A DNA stretch of 64,000 nucleotides, taken from positions 992,001 to 1,056,000 of the forward strand of contig OZ374565.1 in assembly GCA_977862235.1 (NCBI GenBank), in the 5' to 3' direction. The notes below the pieces were generated by a model. The model was given only the letters and a program-made list of their open reading frames with translations. It was not told the DNA's origin and ran no database searches. The translations under genes were made by a program, and so were the position numbers. This document shows, in pieces, positions 11,853 to 25,110 of this stretch. How positions within the stretch are numbered: the first letter of the stretch is position 1; each line of letters starts with the position of its first letter. Source of the DNA: Dudresnaya verticillata (lineage: Eukaryota).

Positions 11853-12920
11853 GATCTACCTACTTGTTTCCACACGAAAAATAATCTTGTGTTCTTACGT
11901 ATGCCGTGGGGAGGTACTTCAGGCCTGACGCGCGTCAAAGACAAGTTCGAGAGTGCTCCAGTTCCGAAACTGCATCCGGCGTAGCCGCAGGAAAGGGGAG
12001 TTCTTATGCTACGTGCGTTCGATGCTCAGAGATACAGTGCTGTTGAAGTACAGGGCGGTGTCGGAATGGAACGGGGACTCCGGAGGGTGCAGAATGTACC
12101 GTAGACCGATGGGCTGCCTACACGTTTGTACAAAAATCATCCCCGCTACGATTGGTTGCAAATAAAGGTATTGATGTAGTTGTGGCGCCACGATTACCGT
12201 TCATTGAGCTCATTCTTACGGGCTGGCCCAGTCACTTGCTCCATTTCTCCTATACAACAGGGATATGATTTGACGCGATGAATTTCTCGTGTAAGAGGTG
12301 TAGGTATTACTTCTCTTGATCAGAAACAGTCCTCAATAGCTCTTGCCTGGGCTCATACTGTGACGGACGTCCGTAGCTGAAGATAACTTCGAGCGTAATT
12401 GATGATCTACAGACTGCTGACGCGCGTCGCTGCTCCATTTACCTGTTCGTCTCGAAATGGGCGGGAACTTCTAACCATGGGAACCATGCTGTTCACAGCG
12501 TCTGCATACATGTCTACTCAAGTGCGGGTGGCTCATCGCACTATCGAAACCATAACAATGTTTGCCGCGAAAAAAGGCTCCGCCGATGCTCACCGCAGCA
12601 TGAGGACGGCCAGTCAATACCGCGTGTTACGAAATTGTGGGGCCACATTCTATTCTTTGCAATGAACATACGTTATTTAAGTGAGCAAACAACAGCTTCC
12701 TCCGCAATACGAGACGATCTTTTTCGCGCGAAATAATAGCTCATGTTGGCACCGAAACGATAACAGGATAGTCTGTGGTGATGTGGGAATCCCACATTGG
12801 CGTTGTGTAGAAGATATGACATCATCGACCGCAAACAGGACATTGATCGAGGAATCTTGAAGCCGGTTTGGCGGCATCCACCTCCCAGTATAAATTCCCA
12901 CTTTTGTTAACCAACCCCTC

Positions 12921-15592
12921 ATGAACCGTACGGTCGCACCCCCGGAACACTTCTCCCTTCTCTTCTGGGCACGACGTGCAGCTTCCCTAGAACGAGGGGA
13001 TTCCGTAATGGCTCCAGCAAGGCAGAAGCAATCCGCCCGGCAGCGCGGGCGACCCAAGAACACTTCGCGAAAGCTTGCGAAGTTCCGTGAGGATTTCGAG
13101 GCGCAAGAGCTTGCAAGCGGAAAGACTACTAAGGGCAGTCAGCCGAGTTCTGGGAAGGAAACTCCGTTACCAAATGCGAGGAGGGGAACCAGACAATCTC
13201 CGTCGAGTTCCGGCGGCTCAGTCAATCCGCGAAGAAAATATATCCTGGACTCAATTGATGACGCAACCGACATCCCACGCACAACAAAATATTTATCACT
13301 ACGGAAGAGGCGTGTGCAAGCACCCAGAGTCCCACCAGTATCTGGTAAAAAGCGCTTTCTACCTGTTTCAACAGGTCATGAGGACGATCTTGCCGACTCG
13401 GATCACAGCAGGTTACGCAACAATGGAGAAGAGTGCACGCAATCGATGGACAAGGAGTTGACACGCCCATCGAAGAAAAGAAAGGAATATCTCACACCCG
13501 AACGCAGGAGTAATTCCCCTCTTAATTCGAGATTAATGTCCGGTAGCGCTACGAATTCAGATCGGCGACCAGGAGTTGGTGTTGAAGGTGCTCCTCGCGA
13601 AGACTGCTGTTAAGGGGAGGAAGCAGGGGAACAATACCCAGCCTTTTTGATGAAGATGAAGATGTTCGTGCTAGTTCAGTACCAGGATCAGCCATGAGGA
13701 CACGTAGAGGTGATGTCATAGAGATGCCTCTTGCCAAAGGTAGCATTCTGCACGCTTGTTCCCGCGATGATGGTTTCGTCGGTGAAGAAATTGAGCCTCT
13801 CATCACCACCGATGCTTGTCCACCTCCTCGGACTCCTACAGGTACCGAGTTTCTGTCCAGGCTTATATCCTCTGTGGCAAGAGATATATCTCGACAAAAT
13901 GAAGATCTTCACAAGGCATGTTTGACAGCAATCAGGGTGTTTGAAAGCAAACTCTCCGCGGAGATGAAGACGCTTCGAGAGGCGATTGCTGATATGGTTG
14001 TCTCGATGCTTAAGGTCGGAGTCCTCGTGGACTTGCGCAAGTCAAGAATGAGTTTAAAACCATTTTGGGACAATGGGAAAAATTGAATGACCTCACCCCT
14101 TTCAAAAACCTTGTGTTCTGCTCGTCCGTTTTTTCGCGAGTACTCGTCTATAATGTCCCTCTTATCATTGTGCAGATCTGCAAGGAGTTGCGTACTGGGT
14201 TATCCAGAGCGAGCGGTAAACGGGAGGCCGTTCTTCAGAATGCTTCAGAGGCGTTGTCCACACTGATGTTCAGTCTTATGCCTAACAAATCTCGTAAGAA
14301 ATTCGGAGAAGGTATTGGGAAGAGGCACGGGAACTCCAGGTTTACAGTTATGCAAAATTCTTTCTATAATATCCAACGAGACAGATTTGGCTTCTTCAAG
14401 AAATCAGGCAGTGGTTCTTCACCTGGAACCAGTTGACATACGCCGAAGTCGACAACCGATGGCCCCGTCGACCAACCTATGTGGACTAAGCCCGGTTACG
14501 TCACTTTGAATTCATTACACGCCGCTCGGCAACAACTGGAACAGAAGAAGGACACTCGTAAGACGAGAGTGAAGGACATTCCAGCCAAATCAGATGTGGC
14601 TAGACATGGATCCATGAAAGGATTTCGTTATCTTATCTCGCATCTTCATGACGGACGCGAGAGGATCCGTTCTATGTTTTTCCAAGATCTTGGATATCTT
14701 CTCGTGAACTGGAATGAGTTTGTCCCAGATTTGGACCAGCGGAATCTCAAGCTGAGCTGGATGCATCAAGGCACAGTCGATTTGGATATGGAGAGAAGAT
14801 ATCTGTCGCTCGACGATGTTCCGGAAATGAATGTGCACCGTGGAGGCCCAACCACAGAAACAGATGCTAAGAACAAAGCAGAGTTGGAGGACTTCTTTTC
14901 TGAATGCCCGGAGATGACGCTTGTCGCTGAGCATGAAGTTTTTTCTGTCCGGTACTCCCAATACGTCAAGACAGAGGAAAGATTCTGGTGGTGAGAAGAA
15001 GGTAATTCGCCGTAAGATCAATCTTATTGGCGTATCCTGGAACTTTATCAGCGACTATACGAAGGCTGAAGATGGATGGGCTTTCTTTCGAGCACAAGCG
15101 TTATCCTTGAAGAGCATTTAGGCGATCGCAATGGTTCTGAGAGAGCTGGTAGACGGAAACAACGTCTCCTCGGTAGGCGGATATAATGTAATACGCCCAG
15201 GGAATGCTGTTCAAGCTCTTGTACTTCCAGGAGAGACGACTAATAAGATTTTTTGTTGCACTTCCAAGAATGGTGCCCAATTGCAACAATATGTTGTCAT
15301 CGGGATGGCTCAGATTGGACATGGTGATAGCTGGATTCTGGTGCAGCGCTGCATAAAGGAGTGCAACATGATTATGATGGAAAAGCCGCTAAGTTCGGCT
15401 GCGGCCCAATGGATGAAAATGGGTGATAGCGTTAGAAGAATATCAATATATCACGACTGCAGATCTGAAGACGGCAAGTTATGTCCTTTCGATCGAAATA
15501 CGGGTAAGGTTATACATCTTGGTAGCATTCTAAGAGGTTCCAAGATGAGATTTCAAGGCAGATCAGAGGGATTCCCGCCAAGAATGGGGTAG
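12921..15592 (+). pseudogene. CACTA cargo ORF 2 (about 880 codons, disrupted), convergent with the transposase; unknown, possibly a TnpA-role accessory protein
   Basis: Chain of + ORFs: 12921-13613, 13694-14086, 14065-14436, 14479-14994, 14921-15121 and 15131-15592. The N-terminus is basic/disordered with RGRPK and KKRK motifs; the C-terminus is YHDC...C...H...GFPPRMG, followed by AATAAA near 15612. Confidence 0.65.
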
Positions 15593-16236
15593 TGTGTATT
15601 GCAATGTAACTAATAAAACGCAGCATATCTGGATACCCGCATTGATATTATTACCTGCGCTGAGTTGAGGGTGGCCTCCCAACGCGCTATGACGCATGGC
15701 ATGCGCATGCAATACTCCAGCACACCATCTCCATGCTGCAGCACTCAATGCTAGCACTAGCTACAGCAGCTGCATGCAGTGCACCATTTCACACGCAATA
15801 GCATCGCGATCACGAGTTCCGCCGTGCCCCGGGGCACTTGTGGATGGTATTGCCCGCTGGAGTAGGAGTCGAATCAGTAACGCTTACCAATTCACATTTT
15901 CATTGCTGGAAAGTGAGCGCTTGCACGGTCATTGGTTCGAAGTAATCTCGATCGAGATTTCCCACCCTCGTCCTAGCGTTTCACAATTGATTGCTATTCT
16001 CTGGTCAATACCCGCAATGTATCACCTCCTACAGTAACAACAGCAGAAAGACTCGGTAGAAGGTCAAATATCCGTGCGGGACATCATCACTGAACCAGCA
16101 AGCTCGCACGTTCCCAACTATTCTTCGCAAACGCTCGTTTTCAGCCAGAAGCCGGGCTCCAGCTAGGAGACGAAAACGGCTCATCTTTCATGGAAACCAA
16201 TACCCTTTTATTGCTTTGAGACGCATCATTCATTAT

Positions 16237-19200
16237 TCAGACAACGCTGCACAAACCTACGCTGTTGAACACATGTATGCGTACAGGCATGCCTGCATGG
16301 ATACGAATTTTTATCATCTCGCGATACATATATATCTCGTTGTGCTTGCAGAAACTTAGTTTGATTGCTCTATGACTCGTCTGATCAAGGGAGCCCAGTG
16401 GCGCCACTGCATTTAGTGCCGAGGAGTTTAACCCATATCGCAAGTGCAACAACACCCACGTCGTCCGAAACCTCAATCATTGCGTCATCCCTTTCATCCT
16501 CAAGGGGACTTTCCTCATTCTCGTTTCGATCGAACATGGGCTGGTGTAGGGCAACGAACTCTGCCTCCGTCAATCGGATACAACGACTCCCTATGAGCGT
16601 TCCCTGAGTTCCTCTGCCGGGCATGAGCAAGGCTATGCTAGTGGGTCCTATCTCGATCGATTCTAACTTTGGACGAATTCCAGTGCTCGGGTCGAGCGAC
16701 CGGATGTAAGTATCTACTGGATCCGACTGGACTCATTTACAAGTATTAAACAGCGTCAGCTCCGATTGCACAACTTTTGAATTGTAGGGTACCACTCTCG
16801 ACGGCAAGAGATGCAGCTTTCAACGATAGAATTCACTTCCTCCCGTCGATCGACAATATATGTAGAATCAGTATTCCTTTGGTTGATGCATTTCCATACA
16901 GTAGCATTCGGAGATGAGAAGTTGGACATTAGTGACCTTCCCTTCAAGAGCCTCTTGACTGGTGCAGAAAGTTGATCATTGAGGCAGTTGTCAATTTTCG
17001 CAATTATGGAATGATGCTCATCTTCCACCAGTCCTTCTACTACTGTCCCCAACATGAACTTCCGTATTTCTCGTCGAGCGACCTGATTGTTACTGCCTTC
17101 TTCAGATGTTAACTGCCTGAAGACATTGGCGAGACGACCTTGCCAGTCATTTCCAATGCAGTGCTCAACTGCAGAGATATGTGCCTTGCGGTAGTTCGAT
17201 CGAGCGATACATCTCTTTAATGTCTGATGAGCATGTTCAAATACAAGCTCGGTAAATTCTCGGACGTGCCCCATGATAGGGATGGAATGGAAAAGGAGCT
17301 CCAGGAGCCTGTGTAGATTCGGTTTGTCGAGAAAACCCTTTATGCCAGGAAACTTCGAGCACACACGATTCACTGATGATACGTAATCCTTCTCCATTGC
17401 CTGTAGCTCCTGGTGGTATATTGAGCGACCAGCGCCACACACGAAACTCACAGCTCTTAGACCATCAACGTCTTCTTCAGGCCACCATTACGTATAACCT
17501 CATATTTTCTGAAGCTTCTGAAGTATTTGCACGAGTCGATGTGCAAGAGACGTTGCGTTTGTCGAGCGACTTCGTAAGGGTAGCATTATGGCCATCACTT
17601 GTGAAGCGACGCAGACGACACAAAATGGACTGGACAGGCTCATGCTGTTCATCTTCTTTGACGCAGGGTTGTACACTCTCTTCTGCTTGAGCCAGCCGTT
17701 TTCGGACAAGGCGTGAACTATATACCTGTTGGAAACGAGCCGTAACCCTTTCGGAAATGCATAGAATATTGCATCCATTATATTGTTGGCCAAACCGGAC
17801 AAAAGGTGATCAGGGGCGACAAAGTTCGAGCGATATGCATCAAATACTCCTGGAACAACGGGGCTCCCCGAAATGGACCTTTGAACGAGATGTTGTACCT
17901 CCTCGATTCATTTCTGTATAATATCAACGGGCAGCTGTCGTCATCCACTCTGGCTGCTTGTTTCATGCCCAGTGTATTAGCATTTCTGTCACTCAGACCA
18001 GCATCTCAGAGTGCTCCTTGTCTCTCTCCTGTTCCAGCGAAAGCAGAGTTCTGGCAATGTATCAGAGTGGTGTATCCATTTTGTGTCGATTCGTCGTAAT
18101 TTTGATTCTCCTTCCTGAATGTCCACATAGTACACGGCGTTTTCGCAATGTGTCCTAGTAGATCTACGACATGAGCTGATGCAGGATAGTCTCCTATAAA
18201 ACCAACCATATCAATGAATATCCTGACGTCTTCACCACTCGGCGTTTTTCCCCGTATTCCATCTATCATGGATTTCACGAGATCATCAACAACAAAGTGC
18301 AATACCTTATTAGTAGAAACGCCCGGTGGAGTGAGAGAAATAATACGAACTGCCGAAGTGCTTCGACGAGATTCAGCTGCAAGCCCGATTGGGAGCATGT
18401 AGCAGCCTCCGGCAGACCCTTGGGGAAACAATGAGGAACCCGGCTTACAGTCGTCACAATAAAGTAGAATTCTATATACAACGTACTTGGTACCATCTTG
18501 AAGGATCCCTTTGTTAGGCTCTGTGGGCTCCGAATCAGACAAGTGATGAGGCTCCTCTTCGCTCGACAGGTGTCGTAGTTTTCGAACAACTTGTCTGAAT
18601 ATCGGCTGAAAGACTCCCTCTTCTTTTTTCTTGGTTGCCCAAAGCAGGGATAGTGAAGGGATGCTGTCAGTTTCTCTCATGAATGCATGAACGATTATTA
18701 TATAGGTTCTGGAGGGGGTTTGTTCCCTCGGTATCAACAAAGTACACTGATCTCCAGGAAACAAGGAAAGGATGCGCTCCATAGCAGTAAGGTGTCCCTT
18801 TTCAATTACAGAACCTGAAAACAGTTTGACGATCGTCTTCTCATCCGTTGTCAATTGGCCCAGGGATAGGGCTTCCTTAAGGCTTCTAGTGTTTTCCCCT
18901 GGTTTCCAACGCACCATACGCAGAGTATCTTAGCACTAATACGAAAAGAGCTTGAGGCCGTTGAAGTGTCGTAGCTGTGGTCCAGGTCTGGCACTTGGCC
19001 TGCGACAGTTAACTCGAGGTGACATCCCGGACCTGCTTGCTTCAGGAACCCTGAAGCATCTTCTACAAAAATATTTTGCCCCTGTAACAGGACTTTCTTC
19101 CGAGACTTGACTAGCGCTGAGCTCTCAAACGTCCTCTTAAACGCTCTAGTGCCAGAAAGTCGCCGCTGACCGATTTGTGCGTACAGTTGGTCGTAAACAC

Positions 19201-20293
19201 TACTTGTTGCAATATCTAGAAGCGCCCATGAAGACGGCAACACAATACGCACCTCGGCACTTCCGGGTCCCGTCTGGCTAGCAACCTCATCCCCTTGTTC
19301 ACGCGCGTGACGAGAGCTGGCTCTACATGACTGCCTACTCGAAGGGGTAAGCTCCATATGAGGACTCTGAATAAACTGTACTTCTGTATGTTCGACCTGT
19401 TCTTTAAGCAGGTTGTTCATGAATTGTATATCTTCTAACCGGAACACCTTAATTACGCTCTTTGGGAATACCTTCCGAAGGAGCCTGTCATAGAACCTTT
19501 TCACTGCTTTATAGGAATGAAGAGCTTCCTCATGGGCCATACTGTTCACAATTGATCTGACAACATCAAATTGTTCATCCGAAAATATCCCACTGCCAGT
19601 TACCATTAACGTAGAAAGTAATCATTTCCTGTTAGACCACTTCTTAAGTTCCCTTTCCAGAATACGTTCCAGAATGCGTAGTTCTGTCGATCGACACGAT
19701 GCTCCCACACCTGCCACTTCTGATGAGTTTCCAAGCTCCTTGTGCGTATCTCATTCATCGTCTATTAGATATAGGATCTCATCTTCCTCATCACTGCTCC
19801 GATGCTCATCACGTCCTGTTGTTTCCTCAAGTTCCGAGCTGAAAGGTAGAAACTCTCCCCCGGCCTCCCTGTCTCGTTGCTCGCCTCTCAGTTGCTCCAA
19901 CATCACTTCCGCTGCTAGTGCTGTTGAAACTTGAGGCCGTCGACCGCTGGATCCAACTCCATCATTTCTTTCTTCGTCTAAAAATCGTTTCTGTAACTGG
20001 TCAGTATCCCTGTTCGCAAATGTGCCTGTTGCAGATGGGGATCTCCTGTCTTGAAGTAAATCGGAACCTTCACGCTCGTGTCCGTTGTCATGATCTATTT
20101 TCTCGTCGCTTTCTGCGGACCGCCATGGCGATGCCTCAGGGATTTCTTCCATGCGATCTTCAAAATCCGTATCGTTCAATTCGACGGCTCGCTGATCGAC
20201 ACCTCTTCTCGCCCGATATGGGTCGAATCTATTTTTTGCAAGAGTCTGGAGCCATGTTGAGTTCTCAGAATCCCTCCTCCGCTTCCGAGGCAT
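16237..20293 (-). pseudogene. CACTA/EnSpm-type (TnpD/Plavaka-like) DDE transposase, disrupted
   Basis: Motifs: YRILLYCDD (D1), GGCYMLP, FIGDYPA (D2), GHIAKTPCT, APDHLLSG, KPNLHRLLE and ELVFEHAHQTLKR (E). Probable start MPRKRRR at 20293. Several frameshifts; the 3' end is approximate. Confidence 0.85.
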
Positions 20294-20507
20294 GACCGAA
20301 GAGCTCTTGAGCTGTTGAGCTACTTGAAAATAGAATGCAATGACTTGAGTCAATGTTCACGGAATCCACTGATGTTGCAGAGCTCTGCAACAATTTTTAC
20401 TTAGGCAGTTCAGATAAAGTGGTAGTGAGATCGCTCGATCCGTATGATTAATTGTGAGCTCAGCCCTAGGGTTGCATGGCCAACAGTAAACGTCCTAGGG
20501 CAAGCCA

Positions 20508-20573
20508 ACAATTACATTGTTCGCCAGAGGAACCGTGCACACAATGACATTGTTCGCCAGGCGAGCCGTGCAC
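20508..20573 (+). repeat. Two-copy 33-bp tandem repeat upstream of the transposase
   Basis: ACAATTACATTGTTCGCCAGAGGAACCGTGCAC / ACAATGACATTGTTCGCCAGGCGAGCCGTGCAC. Confidence 0.8.
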
Positions 20574-21519
20574 AATTGCCTTGTTTTGTGAAGCTACTCG
20601 CGCGTCATTGGCGCTTCATTGTCGATCTGGGCCATTGCAATTCAGCCAGCAGAATTTCAATGGCCCAGATCGCGAAGCTTGTGTCGGCACTGTATGTGCG
20701 CATATGCAGCGCTGGCATATATGTCGCTGGGACATGTGTCATATGCTGGTGCCAGGCTCCAACTGTACACAATGTTATAACATTCCACAACCTCAGCAAA
20801 CAGCTCAAAACCGGAGGGTCCCTTTTCGGGACACCTTATAGCTTGTGTGCGAGGTTGGGTGTCTTTATATCGCACATTTTACATCCAACCATCTATATAC
20901 AATATTGGTCGGTGCGTAAGTAGAGAAACGTGATTGATAGTACTTAATGTAGTAAATGACGATCGTAGAGATAAATATGAACGTAGAATTGTGAACTAGG
21001 TTAACCTGATCGATTGTTAGCATCGACAATTGTAGGGTTACTTATGTTCTTGGATTAAAGCAAGAACAACAAGTAGCAAAGAAGTGAGAAGTGACACTTG
21101 AATAACTCATCCAAAAGATAACTACCATGGTGCCCGAGGAGGCGAGCAAAGGGATGAAATCGTTCCAATATCTGTATACCAGCCCTGGAGCTACCAGACC
21201 ACAGAGAAGGGAAACTAGCAATACCCATGGGCCATCGTCGCCCGCACAAGACCACCCTAAGGAACCATTAAAATCAAACATCACTTGTTTCCTTCATACC
21301 TCTGTGTTGAGAAAATATGCCGGCCAGCCCGGGGTGTTCCAAGGATATTAAAGTAGCTACTTGTAACTCCTCTCTGACTCGAACGAAATGACACCTGAAT
21401 GCCAATTAGCATTGGCATTTGGAAACTTAATTGAGTTGAACTTAAGTTAACAACAGAAATAAATAAAGTCTCAGACAAGAAAATAAACGTGCATCATGAT
21501 GACTTGTGCACAACCTGTA

Positions 21520-22760
21520 ACACCAGCGCAATAGCGCGCGTGAACTCATCGATCGACATTGAAACTTTAGAAGTGTCTTATACATGCAGCCGCAGCTATA
21601 AAACAAAAGTGAGGGGGCCGTTTTATGTAGGTGTACACAGTAGCTACTCATAGGATTACATAGTGTTATAGACGTAGGCAATAAGAACACTTTGCTTGTC
21701 GGGGCTCCCCTATTCCTGCACGGGAGTGGCTCGTGTGAGGTGGTGGAATTGCGCACACCATAAGTAGTACAATAGAAGTCGCAATTACAGTTATGTGAGT
21801 AGATTTTGAGGAGGAACGTCTATGACAATTGCTTAAGCACCCCAGCACGGTAAGCGCTAGTCTCCCTCATGAGGTTAATGATCAGGTCTCTTTGCTTAAC
21901 TGCAATTGTACATAGCTTTCGTTTAAACACGTTCAAACAAAATCTATGTACAATTGCGCTAGTGTAGCGCACATTCGTGCGCATTTTCCCATACAATACC
22001 CAATTAAATAAATGAAAGTCAGAGTTAATATCACCAGCTGCTGGCACTAGTGCACTACTCAAACATGCTTGAATGGCGAGTGCTCACGCGCTACCAAGCG
22101 CTTAAGCGCTTGACAAGCAATTGGGTGTCACGCGCGTGAATTGGTCGTTCGACATTGAAATCTCAATGTCGTTAGCCGAGAAGCTGCCGTAGGACAGTTT
22201 GAATAATAAGTAGGCTTATGTAGGCCTACTCCGGATTGCAAGGCCTAGAAACGTCTACCGATAGATAGATAGAACGCTCGTTACCATATGCGATATCAAT
22301 ATCGAGAAGCTCCGCGATGCTGTTAAGAGGTAAAACGTAAGTACTTGTGAATAGCTCTCGTTTTGTGAGCAATTGCGCACACAGTAAACTATAGTTTCAA
22401 CTACAAAAAAAGCACAGTTACCTTCGTGTGTATAGAACTATTAAGCTAGAGCCTGACGAGGAATTTGGACCTCAAACACGCGTGGGTTAACCCAGAGCAC
22501 TAGACGCTAGCCTCACCAGGTTAATGAACAGGTCTCTTTGCAAAGTGCAATGCTTGCACACAGCCTTTTTAGTGCTAGCACTTGAGCAGAATATACAATA
22601 CGCCACTACATTATCAAAAGACGGCGTCATTCTGAGCAGTGTCTGACTCGCGAGTCACGCAGGTGACTCGGTACCTCGATCGACGTCGATCGACAATAAA
22701 ACGTTAGCAGCGTCGACTATCGTTAGCACCGAGAAGCTTCTCGATGTTAGCGATGGTGCA
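21520..22760 (+). repeat. Degenerate tandem duplication of about 600-650 bp in the non-coding core of the CACTA element (2 copies plus a partial third)
   Basis: Collinear anchors: CGCGCGTGAA...CGACATTGAAA at 21535 and 22131; AATTGCGCACAC at about 21747 and 22371; AGGTTAATGA-CAGGTCTCTTTGC at 21872 and 22518. Confidence 0.65.
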
Positions 22761-23184
22761 AAAAACTCGCCTGTCGCCTCCACGTGGAGGCGACAGGTTA
22801 CCTTCCTCACCATGGGATTGGGAACGACGAATATCTCCTAGGAGATATTTTACTTTCTTGGCCTTCAGATCTGCTAAAATCTAATAATAGAATAGAGCAC
22901 GCCACTTTTACCAAGGAATCCAATACAGCCATGACCGGACCAATAATAATTTCGAAGGGGGTGAGCACTGTACGTACATAAGGCGGCGCCCGCGGGCGGC
23001 GGCGGCAGCTGCCGGCTGCAGCGAGCTGCAGTTTGGCAGTGGCCTTTTCACTGCACAGGTCTTCACTCCGAGTCGATCAGCCACCCCAGCCTCCCCAGCC
23101 CCACCAGCCTCCCCCAACCTACCTGTTTCAGCTCCAAAAGTTTTCGCGGTACCGCGCAACCACGCGCGTGCACAACACGCTGCC

Positions 23185-25110
23185 ATGACGGCCCGCATGA
23201 CCACGGCTTCCGCCACCACGCCTGCTCCCGTTACACAGACGCTCGTCTCTGCGCCGACTTCCGCCGCCGCGCCTGCTCCACCAAGTCAAGTTGATTCGCC
23301 TGCTCCCTCTGTGATGTCTGCTGCGCGGGCTTCATCCGCCGCGCCCGCTCCCCCACTTTTGCCGACGCTCGTCCCTACGCCGGCCGCCCCGCTTGCTTCT
23401 ACCGCTACTCCAAGGGCTCATGCCGCTACTGACGATTCAAGACTAGTTGATGCGCCGGCTTCCGTCGCCCCGCCTGCTAATGGAGCTGTGCCTTCTTTCT
23501 CCACCGCCGAACCGTCTTCCGGAGTGGCGCCAACAGCGGCTCCCTCCACATACCTGCCTGCCCGACCTTACACAGCCATTGCACCAGTTCCCGAGAGCCT
23601 ACCGGCAGGTTTCATTAGCTCACGTGGAGCCACGGATGCAGTCGATCCTGCCGCCATTTCAGATCCTCATCACCTCAAGCGAACTAGAGATGTGCAGCAG
23701 CCGTCGTCTGTTCTGCAGTACGCCATTGAGGTCGGCATTGAGCAGGCCCGTTCGTCTAAGTTTGGAAGCAGCGTGCAGCAGTCGGTTCCCCTGTCAAAGG
23801 GCATCGCGCCATATCCAGGTACTCGCGCGACAAACGTTCTTTATCAAGAGAGAAGAAGGCCCCCGTCAATGCTGAATCATATTCGACTGCAGGGTGTGCA
23901 TCAGTGGTCCTATGAGCCTGTGCAAAGGCTCTCCTATAAGACCTATGTTGTTGAGAACGACAACCCACGAGCTGACATAGTTCGACTCAAGTATCTCGCG
24001 TCGCTCGACACTCGGTGTGCACGGGTATCGCTATAAACATGGCAGGAGTATTGCGAGGAGCCTTGTCATCGTATACCGTTCACGCTGTATTGCGAGCGTA
24101 CTTTTTGTCGTGACGGATTCGAGGCGTACTACGTCTATGCCATGGATATCTTGCTGAGCAATGATGAGCTGGAGATCACAATGGAAAACCTGCCGCTGTT
24201 GAAGGACAGAGTGACCGACAGAAGGTGATTTTCATTTGCCGATCGGCCCGTACTCTTCCGGGAACTTCACAACTGGATTATACACAACGTTTGGATTGCG
24301 TCGGATAGCTGCACGAGCCGCGAAATCGACACTCTCCCTCTATCTACTCTGCAGGATGACTTCCCAACACCTCCGAAATGGCTCGAGCAGTTCCACCAGC
24401 CGGCCGGACTCCCGTTACCGACTCCTTTGGTTCTGTACTACTATCATAGGGAGCCTCGTTCGCAAGATGACGCTCGTCGTACGAAGAGGATGGATAAGCT
24501 GCAGAAGGCCTTGAAGCTGGAATACGTCGTTATGTTTGTGGCTGCGTGGTTCTTGGAAGCTTCTTTAGGGTCCAGGCAATTCATTGTCCCGTTTGAAACC
24601 ATTGAGGAGCTCGGAAAAATAATTGGGGATGTGACGATCGTCAAGAATGTCTCCAACGCGTATATTCTGTCCTTGATGCGCCTCGCCGCTGTGTCGGATT
24701 CCAAGCTGTACAACGGCTTCCACTTCTTGCGTTACTCGTGGATGATGGCTCAAAATGTTCTCGACACAAAGCCGCCGGTTCCGGACAGCATCTTCTTGTG
24801 GGCGAAGAAAGATACAGGAATCATGGACACGCAGGAGCCTTCCGGGAAGTTATGCTTTGCCTCTTTGTGGACGAGGAATATGTCGGGAGCCGTGAAGACT
24901 GCGAAAAGGTGCGAAGAAGATTGGAAGTCTGCTCTTGACACAGTACTGCGTGCAGAAGACTACGACAGGGTGCCAGGTTTAAAGACTCTAATTCGCTCTC
25001 GGGTTGGGATCAGTCGAGCGACCTTACTGTTGGAGATATTTCAAGAATCTCCTCGGGGTTCACAAGCACTCTTTGAACACGTCCATGCGAACTGCGAATA
25101 TGTACAATGA
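23185..25110 (+). pseudogene. CACTA cargo ORF 3 (about 640 codons, two nonsense stops), sharing motifs with the Gypsy antisense ORFs
   Basis: A single frame runs 23185-25110 with only TAA 24034-24036 and TGA 24226-24228. A Pro/Ala/Ser-rich N-terminus precedes TPPKWLEQF...LPTPLVLYY and LKLEYVVMFVAAWFLE...RQFIVP. An overlapping ORF to 25624 may be a frameshifted tail. Confidence 0.72.
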
